64,000 nt of DNA. Origin: Deltaproteobacteria bacterium. Its GTDB lineage: Bacteria > Desulfobacterota > BSN033 > WVXP01. Below are positions 56,653-64,000 of this stretch, piece after piece. Positions within the stretch are counted from its first letter, which is position 1. Each line of letters opens with the position of its first letter. The translations under genes and the position numbers were made by a program. The stretch is taken from assembly GCA_019308905.1 (NCBI GenBank), contig JAFDHF010000015.1, forward strand, positions 4,978-68,977, given 5' to 3'. The notes under the pieces are model-generated. The model saw nothing but the letters and a program-made list of their open reading frames with translations, searched no databases and was not told where the DNA came from.

Positions 56653-58473
56653 CTATACGATACCGAGATCTGAGAGTGTTTCTTTCTTCGGTATGCCCTT
56701 TTCGTCCCAACCCCTGACCTGGTAATACTCGTCGAGCATTTCGTTGTACATTTCAGGAGTAATGACCTTCCCTTTTGCCATGCCTTCGGGCAGAGGCTCC
56801 TCCATGATCCGCCTGGGAAGCATGTCATCCTCTCTCGTGATCCCCTCCCGATTGAGGATCAACCTCTCGAGGGTATATATCCGGCTGCCGATGGTCATCA
56901 ACTCGGGATTGAAATCGTAACCGGTCACGTATTCCAGTACCTTTCCACTGGGATCGTCGGTAAACCCGAGAGCGCCCCTGACGACGGTACAGATGCCCAG
57001 GGAGTCGACATAGGCGCGATTGTCCTGGAGCTTCTTTACCAGATATCCCTTTCCCCTGGTAGCAAAACGGTCATAGGTTTTGGTCAATAGCTCATCCCGG
57101 ATCGTCCATCCCCCAACGTTGTGGCAGGCCCCGCGGCTCGAAGTGCCGAAACCGAGGCCGATTCCGTGAAAACCCCGCGGCTCGTAATGGGCAAAGGCCA
57201 GCCCCTTCACGTGCATCATGTAGTATTCCAGTTCGGGCCGTTTCTTCCTTATTCCGGAAAACCCCTCTGCCAAAAGTGCGCCCAGCCCTTCTTGCCTGGC
57301 GATTCGACGAACCATCTCCACCATGGCTTCGGCATTGCCGAAACGAAGATCGAGACCGTCTACCTCTTTCTTGGAGATCAGCCCCCGCTCAAAGCACTCC
57401 ATGGCAAAGGCGATGAGGACCCCGGTGGTCATCGTGTCGATGCCTTCCTCGTCACAGATCTGATTGGCCGCAATGATGGCTCCGAAATCACTCACCCCGC
57501 ACTGGCCTCCGAAGGCTCCGATGGTCTCGTATTCAGGGTCGCTTTGGGCTCCCTTGAAGGGCCCATCCTGAACCATACAGACCTTTCCACAACCCACAGG
57601 GCATCTATAGCAGGCCTTGTTTCGCACGAAATAGTGCCCTTTCATGTAGACCGAGCTGATTGTCTCTATCCCCTCAAAGACAGCGGTTTGAAAATTTCGC
57701 GTGGGATAGCACCCCAGCTCGTTTATGACCTCCGTGTACTGAGCCGTGCCGTGTGTGGTGTGAGTATGCTTGGATTGTCGAACGTTTGCCCGCGCCTGGG
57801 ACACGTAATCTTTGAGGGCTTCCGGTTTCGCAATATCGACTCCTCCCGTTCCACAGGCCACCAGGGCTTTGACGTTCTTTGCAGCCATGGCAGCACCGGC
57901 GCCTCCACGGCCAAAACTCCTCCCATCGACCTGAATACAGGCGACCCGGACGCCTCGTTCTGCCGCAGGACCGACCGAGACCACACCGATCTTCCTGCCT
58001 GGCATGACCTTCTTGAAGTACTCATCAACCTCGGTTGTTTTTCTACCCCACAGATGGGAGGCACCCTGGAACTCGAGTCCCGTATTCCCGATAAGGATGG
58101 AGACCGGGGAGGAAGCCTTCCCTTCCAGGATCAGCCCATCGTACCCGGCGAATTTCAGGTAAGGGCCGAAATTCCCACCGGAATTGGTACAGAGGTAGTG
58201 CCCGGTATCAGGGGATCGTGTCGCCAACTGCATCTTTGTGCTTGCCAGCACCGGCGTTCCTGTGAGCGGACCCGTCATCAAGAAGATCTTGTTCTCCCCG
58301 CTCAAAGGATCCACCCTTGAAGGCATCTCTTGATGGTAGAAATAGGCTGCCAACCCTCTTCCCCCAAGGTACTGTTCCTTGATATCCTCCGGATAGTCGA
58401 CCTCACTCACCCGAGCACGATCCAGATCAATCCTCAAGATCTTGCCAGCGTAACCTCCTCTAAACATAACCAT
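56653..58473 (-). CDS. Tungsten-containing aldehyde:ferredoxin oxidoreductase (AOR family)
   Basis: 606-aa protein with AOR N-domain and domains 2-3, and [4Fe-4S]/pterin ligand motifs (CYRCPVGCGK, ...GACHN...). Confidence 0.85.
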   Translation of the reverse strand: MVMFRGGYAGKILRIDLDRARVSEVDYPEDIKEQYLGGRGLAAYFYHQEMPSRVDPLSGENKIFLMTGPLTGTPVLASTKMQLATRSPDTGHYLCTNSGGNFGPYLKFAGYDGLILEGKASSPVSILIGNTGLEFQGASHLWGRKTTEVDEYFKKVMPGRKIGVVSVGPAAERGVRVACIQVDGRSFGRGGAGAAMAAKNVKALVACGTGGVDIAKPEALKDYVSQARANVRQSKHTHTTHGTAQYTEVINELGCYPTRNFQTAVFEGIETISSVYMKGHYFVRNKACYRCPVGCGKVCMVQDGPFKGAQSDPEYETIGAFGGQCGVSDFGAIIAANQICDEEGIDTMTTGVLIAFAMECFERGLISKKEVDGLDLRFGNAEAMVEMVRRIARQEGLGALLAEGFSGIRKKRPELEYYMMHVKGLAFAHYEPRGFHGIGLGFGTSSRGACHNVGGWTIRDELLTKTYDRFATRGKGYLVKKLQDNRAYVDSLGICTVVRGALGFTDDPSGKVLEYVTGYDFNPELMTIGSRIYTLERLILNREGITREDDMLPRRIMEEPLPEGMAKGKVITPEMYNEMLDEYYQVRGWDEKGIPKKETLSDLGIV

Positions 58474-58483
58474 CGTCCTTTCG

Positions 58484-59224
58484 TTAGATATGTTGGTGCC
58501 GAGTCAGCTTGAGATGATAGCGGTAGCGGGCCGCGTGATAGACCCCCCTGACATATTCTACCGGGTCCCCCCCGACCGAATAAGCAATCCGCCTGATTAC
58601 AAGGGTCGGAAAGGACGCGTTCAGCCCGAGCAGGTTGATCTCCTCCTTCGTCGACATGGCAGCCTCAATGATCTGATCGGCCTCTGAAAGGCGAATGCCG
58701 TTTTTTTCGAGGATCTGGTAGAGGGACTTGGAGTAATCTTCCTCGAGGCTGAGTTCATACCGCCCGGGCAAATAGGAATAGAGAATACCCAGAGGGCTTC
58801 CGTCCACGATCATCAATCTCTTCAAATAGAAAACCTGTTCGTCAGGGAAAAGGCCGAGGATCTCCTTGATCTTGGGAGAAGGTTTCATATACTCCGCAGT
58901 GATAACCCGCTTCCTGGCATCCCTCCCCATCATCTCTTCGGTGAAGCTCTTGAGCACCGGGAGATTCTCCTCGATGGCCGGCTTCTTCACGAAGGTGCCT
59001 TTTCCTCTCTTCTTTTCCAAGAATCCTTCGTTGACCAGGAGTTCCATCGTCCGCCTGACCGTGGCCCTGCTGACACCGTACATTCTCTGAAGGTCACTCT
59101 CAGAGGCAACGGGCTCTCCCTCCGCCCATTCTCCATTCTCGATCTTTTCCAGGAGTATCTCTTTGAGCTGGTAATAGAGAGGGATGACGCTCCTGTGATC
59201 GAGTCTACCAGGGTCTTGGTTCAT
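58484..59224 (-). CDS. GntR-family regulator, HutC subfamily (UTRA effector domain)
   Basis: wHTH (SESDLQRMYGVSRATVRRTMELLVNEGFL) plus UTRA. Paralogous to 63134-63856. Confidence 0.8.
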   Translation of the reverse strand: MNQDPGRLDHRSVIPLYYQLKEILLEKIENGEWAEGEPVASESDLQRMYGVSRATVRRTMELLVNEGFLEKKRGKGTFVKKPAIEENLPVLKSFTEEMMGRDARKRVITAEYMKPSPKIKEILGLFPDEQVFYLKRLMIVDGSPLGILYSYLPGRYELSLEEDYSKSLYQILEKNGIRLSEADQIIEAAMSTKEEINLLGLNASFPTLVIRRIAYSVGGDPVEYVRGVYHAARYRYHLKLTRHQHI

Positions 59225-59618
59225 GGGTCATACCTGCAAGCTGATCGTGAAAAGATCGTACCAGTCCTGTACGCAAACGCGTAGATTCTGGACCAACACA
59301 ATTATACACGAAATCCTTGTCTCCCTTGTTCCACCTTCCGCACCGGACTGTTCTACGGAGATGGCGTCCACTCCCAGAACGAGTCTGCGACATCACACGA
59401 AACCGCGAGTTGTAACGAAGTTGCGGAAGCAACCAAAAAAAATGTTGACAGAATACGATTCCTATGATATTGATCAGGACATCCTAATGTTAGTACAAGA
59501 AAATCCACTTTGTCAAGTAATAGATTAGCCCTGAACTCAGAATCTCCAAAAGACCACTTCGAAAATCATCCGGGGACTTGGATCCAAAAGCATATTTTCT
59601 CAAACAGGAGGCTTTTCC

Positions 59619-61028
59619 ATGAAAAGGAGAAAACTCGGTATCCTGACCTTTTCAGATGGACGCAAGCGCGTCCATGATGAACTTCTCCAGACCAATCAGG
59701 GATTCCTCGACCGGCTCGTCAAGACCTTGGAAGGAACGGGCGAGCTCGACCTGGTCGTGGGGAGCGAGATCATTCACACCCCGACCCAGGCCAAAGCCCA
59801 GGCCGAAGCTTTGAGATGTGCGGGAGTAGATGGGACCATCTTGAACTTCTCCATATGGTCTTTTCCTAATCTCCCGGTCATTGCCGCCGAAAACGGCAGG
59901 GGGCCCTATCTGCTCCTGTCCAACTTGAACCCTCAATCTCCGGGGCTGATCGCCATGCTGGCAGCCGGCGGCTGCCTCGATCAGGTCGGTATCCGCCACG
60001 ATCGTCTCTGGGGCGATGTGGAGGATGAAGAGGTACTCAGGAAAATATTGAGTTTCTCCCGGGCGGCTTCGGTGGTCAATCGATTGAAGGGGCAGACCTG
60101 CGGCCTGATCGGGGGCAGAAGCATGGGCATGTACATCGGGGCCGTTGATACGAGACAATGGCAGACTCAGTTCGGGGTGGACCTCGAGCACGTGGATCAA
60201 TTGGAGATCCTCATAAGAGCAGAGAAAATCCCGGAAACCACCGTGGAGAAGGCCTTTGAGTGGCTGTCCAGCCGAGTGGGAAAGATCGAGTACGACGGAA
60301 AAGGACTGTCCCCTGAGAAGCTGAAACAGCAGATCCGTTCCTACTATGCCACCAAGGAGATCATTGACGAAATGGGGTTTGACTTCCTGGCTATCAAATG
60401 CCAACCGGAACTGAGCGAACACTACGTCACCCAGTGCCTGAGCCAGGCCTTTCTCAATGATCCGTATGACATGGACGGTGAAAAGGAACCCGTTGCAACG
60501 GGTTGCGAGGCTGATCTGGATGGAGCCTTAACCATGCAGATCTTGAAGCTTCTGACCGATTCACCGGTTCTCTTCTTCGATCTGCGTCACTACGATCCCC
60601 AAGACGACGTCTTTGTGTTCAGCAACTGCGGTGCTCAAACAACCTATTTTGCGGGAAAATCCGACAGCCCGGAAGAAAATCTCAAGAACGTGACCTTCTA
60701 CCCCCAGACCCCCTTTTTCTACCGCGGTGGTGGCGCTACGGTCCAATACATGTGTGCGCCGGGCGAAATCACGATGGCCAGATTGGCGAGAAGGGACGGC
60801 AAATACTGGATGGCCATCATTCACGGAGAGTTTGTGTCGTACCCAGAGGAGAAGCTGCAAGAGACATCTCCAGAATGGCCGCAGGGTTTCACGAGACTGG
60901 CTGTTGCCGCTGACGACTTGATCAGGGGACTTGGTGGGAATCATCTTCACGCCGTGTACGGGAACCACGTGGACGAATTGAAGAAAGTCTGCGACATGTT
61001 GGATCTGGAGGCCAGGGTGTTCTCCTGA
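59619..61028 (+). CDS. L-fucose/L-arabinose isomerase-family sugar isomerase (short form)
   Basis: 469-aa protein with a FucI/AraA-like C-terminal catalytic region (GCEADLDGALTMQIL, FSNCGAQ). Confidence 0.6.
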   Translation: MKRRKLGILTFSDGRKRVHDELLQTNQGFLDRLVKTLEGTGELDLVVGSEIIHTPTQAKAQAEALRCAGVDGTILNFSIWSFPNLPVIAAENGRGPYLLLSNLNPQSPGLIAMLAAGGCLDQVGIRHDRLWGDVEDEEVLRKILSFSRAASVVNRLKGQTCGLIGGRSMGMYIGAVDTRQWQTQFGVDLEHVDQLEILIRAEKIPETTVEKAFEWLSSRVGKIEYDGKGLSPEKLKQQIRSYYATKEIIDEMGFDFLAIKCQPELSEHYVTQCLSQAFLNDPYDMDGEKEPVATGCEADLDGALTMQILKLLTDSPVLFFDLRHYDPQDDVFVFSNCGAQTTYFAGKSDSPEENLKNVTFYPQTPFFYRGGGATVQYMCAPGEITMARLARRDGKYWMAIIHGEFVSYPEEKLQETSPEWPQGFTRLAVAADDLIRGLGGNHLHAVYGNHVDELKKVCDMLDLEARVFS

Positions 61029-61121
61029 AAAGCGATCCAGGGATGTTTTTCAGAACACGGTCGTCATGTGTTAGGGGGAGAAATTCGATACACCCTGAGA
61101 GAATCGAGGGAGGAAGAGCTC

Positions 61122-61883
61122 ATGAGGTTAAGGGATAAAGTCTCTATTATTACCGGTGCGGGTGCCGGAATCGGCAGGGCGACAGCGCTGCGATTCGCCA
61201 GGGAAGGAGCCAAGGTCGTCGTGGCCGATTTGGATGACTCGGCGGGAGAGGATCTTGTCCGCGAAATAAAAGAGGCGGGAAAAGAGGCGGCTTTTGTCCA
61301 TACCGATGTTTCGTCATTCGAAGATTGCCGGCGCCTCATGGAAAGTACCCATCAGACCTTCGGACGGATCGACATCCTGGTCAACAATGCAGGGATCTAT
61401 ACCCAAGGAGATGTTACCTCTACAACCCAGGAGGACTGGAAGCGCATTCTTTCGGTCAACCTGGATGGTGTATTCTACTGTTCGCGCCATGCCGTGCCTT
61501 ACATGATCAAAGCCGGAGGGGGAAGCATCGTCCACGTGGCCTCTGAGGCCGGGATCGTCGGGATCAGGAACCAGGTGGCCTACAACGTCTCCAAGGCCGC
61601 TGTCATCATGATGGCCAAGAGCATGGCCATCGATCTCGCTCCCCACAATATTCGGGTCAATGCAGTCTGTCCCGGGACAACCGAGACCCCTCTGGTGAAG
61701 GCCGCCATCGAGCGGAGTCCCGATCCTGCCGAAGCGCGGAAGGCCTTGGAGAGCTGCCGCCCCGCCAACAGGCTCGGACGTCCTGAGGAGATTGCCTCAG
61801 CTATTCTATTCATCGCCTCCGACGAACCGGGATATGCCACGGGGTCCAGCCTGATCATAGACGGAGGCATGACCGCCTGGTAG
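61122..61883 (+). CDS. Short-chain dehydrogenase/reductase (SDR)
   Basis: TGAGAGIGRA cofactor motif, NNAG, and catalytic S...YxxxK (YNVSKAA). GGAGG RBS before ATG 61122. Confidence 0.8.
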   Translation: MRLRDKVSIITGAGAGIGRATALRFAREGAKVVVADLDDSAGEDLVREIKEAGKEAAFVHTDVSSFEDCRRLMESTHQTFGRIDILVNNAGIYTQGDVTSTTQEDWKRILSVNLDGVFYCSRHAVPYMIKAGGGSIVHVASEAGIVGIRNQVAYNVSKAAVIMMAKSMAIDLAPHNIRVNAVCPGTTETPLVKAAIERSPDPAEARKALESCRPANRLGRPEEIASAILFIASDEPGYATGSSLIIDGGMTAW

Positions 61884-61903
61884 GCCTTGAAAGGAACAGG
61901 GTC

Positions 61904-62928
61904 ATGGCACGACTATTTGGCAAAGAATACAGCCGCTCGGATCTGCTTCAAAGGGTGGGAGATATTTCTCAGGTTGCCGGGGTCAGACTCATGAGGCTTG
62001 AAGATGGCAGGGAAGAAGGGGTTCGGGTGATCGAAGCCCGCACCGGAACGGGCTTCCGCTTCAACGTCCTGCCGTCCCGGGGGATGGACGTCTCCTTTGC
62101 CGAGTACAAGGGTATTCCTCTCTCATGGCGATCCTGCACCGGCGATGTCTCTCCTGCCTTCTATGAGCCTGAAGGAGAAGGCTGGCATCGCATCTTCTAC
62201 GGCGGGATGGTCATAACCTGCGGCCTGACCAACGTGGGCGTGCCCTGCGACGACCAGGGTGAAAGGCTCGGGCGTCATGGAAGGATCTCCGCCACTCCGG
62301 CCGAATCCGTCTATGCAGAAGGCCGGTGGGAGGGGGAGGAGTACGAACTCGTTATTCGGGGAAGGATGAGACAGGCCGCATTTTGGGGAGAAAACCTCTC
62401 ACTCACCAGAAAGATCCATAGCCGGCTGGGGGCCTCCATGTTCCGGATCGAGGACGAAGTGGAGAACCACGACTTCAGTCCAACTCCCTTGATGTTGCTT
62501 TATCACGTCAACCTCGGGTTTCCCCTGCTCAGCGAGGAAAGCACCCTTTTGATTCCCACCGAGAAGGTGGAACCCATGGAGAACTCTGCGGACCCAGATG
62601 ATTTCAACCGCTTTCATCCCCCGACACCTGGGGCACCAAGCCAGGTCTTCTACCACAAGGTGGCTTCTGATCCCGAGGGAAGGGTTCTGGTGGCACTCAT
62701 CAATGAGAAACTCTCCATGGGAATCTACATTCAATACGAATCCACGTGCTGGGCATTGAACCGGCCAACTGCCATGTGGAAGGGCGCGCCCGGGAACGGG
62801 AAAAAGGGACTCTGGAGTTCCTTCAGCCCGGCGAAAAGAGAAATTTCTATTTGGAACTCGGCGTGCTCGAGTCCGGCTCAGAGCTGAGAGAGATCAAGGA
62901 GAAAATAGAATCACTGGTTTCTTCATAG
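61904..62928 (+). pseudogene. Galactose-mutarotase-like (DUF4432/aldose-1-epimerase-like) gene with an apparent frameshift near 62745-62755
   Basis: Frame 1 (61904-62887) ends in a low-complexity tail (WKGAPGNGKKGLWSSFSPAKREISIW...). The +1 frame from about 62746 encodes a family-like C-terminus (GIEPANCHVEGRAREREKGTLEFLQPGEKRNFYLELGVLES). Confidence 0.4.
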
Positions 62929-63133
62929 TGTGTTCCGACTCCCGCCTCCGCGGGAGTGACATCATCTTTCGGAAGAGACCTTGTCTTCCCCCCGCAAGGG
63001 TTTGCCGAGTCTCATCCTCCACTCAGGAAACCGTTCCGCTTGGGAGGGCCGGCCCCTAAGACCCACGCCGGCCACCAGGACGCAGAGTATTCTTGATCCG
63101 ACAAAGAGCCTCCGATACGCTCTCATCGAGGAT

Positions 63134-63856
63134 TCAGTATCTCGTCAGTTTCACACTGTATCGATATCGGGCTGCATGATAGACACCCTTGGTGAATTCA
63201 ACGGGTACGCCTTGCACGGAGTATGCGGTCCGGTTGATGACGAGTGTTGGAAACGGGGCCTTTGATCCCAGCAAGAGGATCTCTTCTCTCGTTGACATGG
63301 AAGCCTCGATAATCTGGTCCGCTTCCGAAAGCCGAATGCCGTTGGTTTCCAGGATGTCGTAAAGAGACCTGGAATAATCCTCTTCAAGGCTCAGTCCATA
63401 GCGGCCCGGGATATAGGAATAGAGAACGCCTAGAGGGCTTCCCTCCACGACCATCAATCTCTTCAGATGGAAAGCCTCCTCATCCGGAGATAGGCCCAGA
63501 ATCTTAGCGATTCCAGGAGTGGGTTTGGTGTATCCTACGAAAATGACCTCTTTTTTCGCTTCCCTCCCCCTCATCTCTTCCGTAAAGCTTGTCAGGCGAG
63601 GGAGTTGTTCCTCGATCTTGCGTTTCCTGACAAAGGTCCCCTTACCCTTCTGTTTCTCCAGGAAGCCCTCGTTGGCAAGGAGCTCTATCGCCCGTCTGAC
63701 GGTAATCCTGCTAATGCTGAACATCCTCTGGAAATCTTCTTCAGAAGGAATCAAGTGGCCCTCGTGCCATTCATCGCTCTCGATTTTTTCGAGAATAAAC
63801 TCTTTGAGCTGGTAGTAGAGGGGTATAAGGCTCGTATGGTCGAGTTGTCTCGTCAC
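63134..63856 (-). CDS. GntR-family regulator, HutC subfamily; paralogue of 58484-59224
   Basis: By eye about 65-70% identical to the other HutC regulator across its full length (IPLYYQLKE.ILEKIE..EW.EG...SE.D.QRM...SR.TVRR..ELL.NEGFLEK.KGKGTFV...). GTG start at 63856. Confidence 0.8.
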   Translation of the reverse strand: MTRQLDHTSLIPLYYQLKEFILEKIESDEWHEGHLIPSEEDFQRMFSISRITVRRAIELLANEGFLEKQKGKGTFVRKRKIEEQLPRLTSFTEEMRGREAKKEVIFVGYTKPTPGIAKILGLSPDEEAFHLKRLMVVEGSPLGVLYSYIPGRYGLSLEEDYSRSLYDILETNGIRLSEADQIIEASMSTREEILLLGSKAPFPTLVINRTAYSVQGVPVEFTKGVYHAARYRYSVKLTRY

Positions 63857-63880
63857 AGCAGGTTACCGATCTTGAAATTC

Positions 63881-63898
63881 ATTGCACAGATATGCAAT
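63881..63898. promoter_or_regulatory. Inverted repeat ATTGCA-N6-TGCAAT 25-42 bp upstream of the HutC-paralogue start; candidate operator
   Basis: Read from sequence: attgcacagatatgcaat. Confidence 0.35.
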
Positions 63899-64000
63899 GC
63901 CTGATGAGAACAATGTGCCACAAAAGGCCCCGTTTTGGAAGGCCCTTGCTCAACCCGTCGCAAGCGGGAACCGAAGGAACCAACGAAGGCCGGAGAAAAT

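Overview
This is a 64-kb window of high-GC bacterial chromosome (about 60-65% GC, with one lower-GC stretch). Gene content suggests a strict or facultative anaerobe, possibly deltaproteobacterial or syntroph-like: tungsten aldehyde:ferredoxin oxidoreductase, Hdr/MvhD-like modules, cytochrome P460-like.

Gene order from the left:
- A pair of M16 peptidases and an nrdJ-thyX operon on the minus strand, both partly before 6.1 kb.
- A divergent lexA gene.
- A cobalamin riboswitch in front of exbB-exbD-tonB and a B12/siderophore-type btuFCD-like ABC importer.
- A GntR-controlled proline-catabolic cluster: P5C dehydrogenase, a GltD-ferredoxin-MvhD fusion, an HdrD-like CCG protein, and SoxA-like and SoxB-like proline dehydrogenase subunits.
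- A REC-GGDEF protein, an ArsR plus ABC-2 exporter, an aldo-keto reductase and tRNA-Thr(TGT).
- A set of small regulatory and envelope genes: cytochrome P460-like, YjbQ, MerR-TPR, PilZ, DUF488, cysE, SH3b, TPR lipoprotein, SPOR.
- A roughly 15-kb lower-GC (about 50%) catabolic island: FCD-type GntR regulator, tandem EthD-like protein, nitrilase-superfamily hydrolase, a Dpp/Opp-type ABC importer with an asymmetric ATPase pair, acetoin/2-oxoacid dehydrogenase E1ab-E2-E3 and a tandem VOC protein. An amidase and a Usp follow in higher-GC sequence.
- A sugar/polyol locus with tungsten AOR, FGGY kinase, Zn-ADH, Gfo/Idh/MocA, FucI-like isomerase, SDR and a frameshifted mutarotase-like gene, bracketed by two paralogous HutC-type regulators.

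I found no rRNA, CRISPR array, transposase or integrase. A roughly 115-bp repeat with an internal heptad array occurs twice in inverted orientation, at about 6.5 kb and 26.9 kb.
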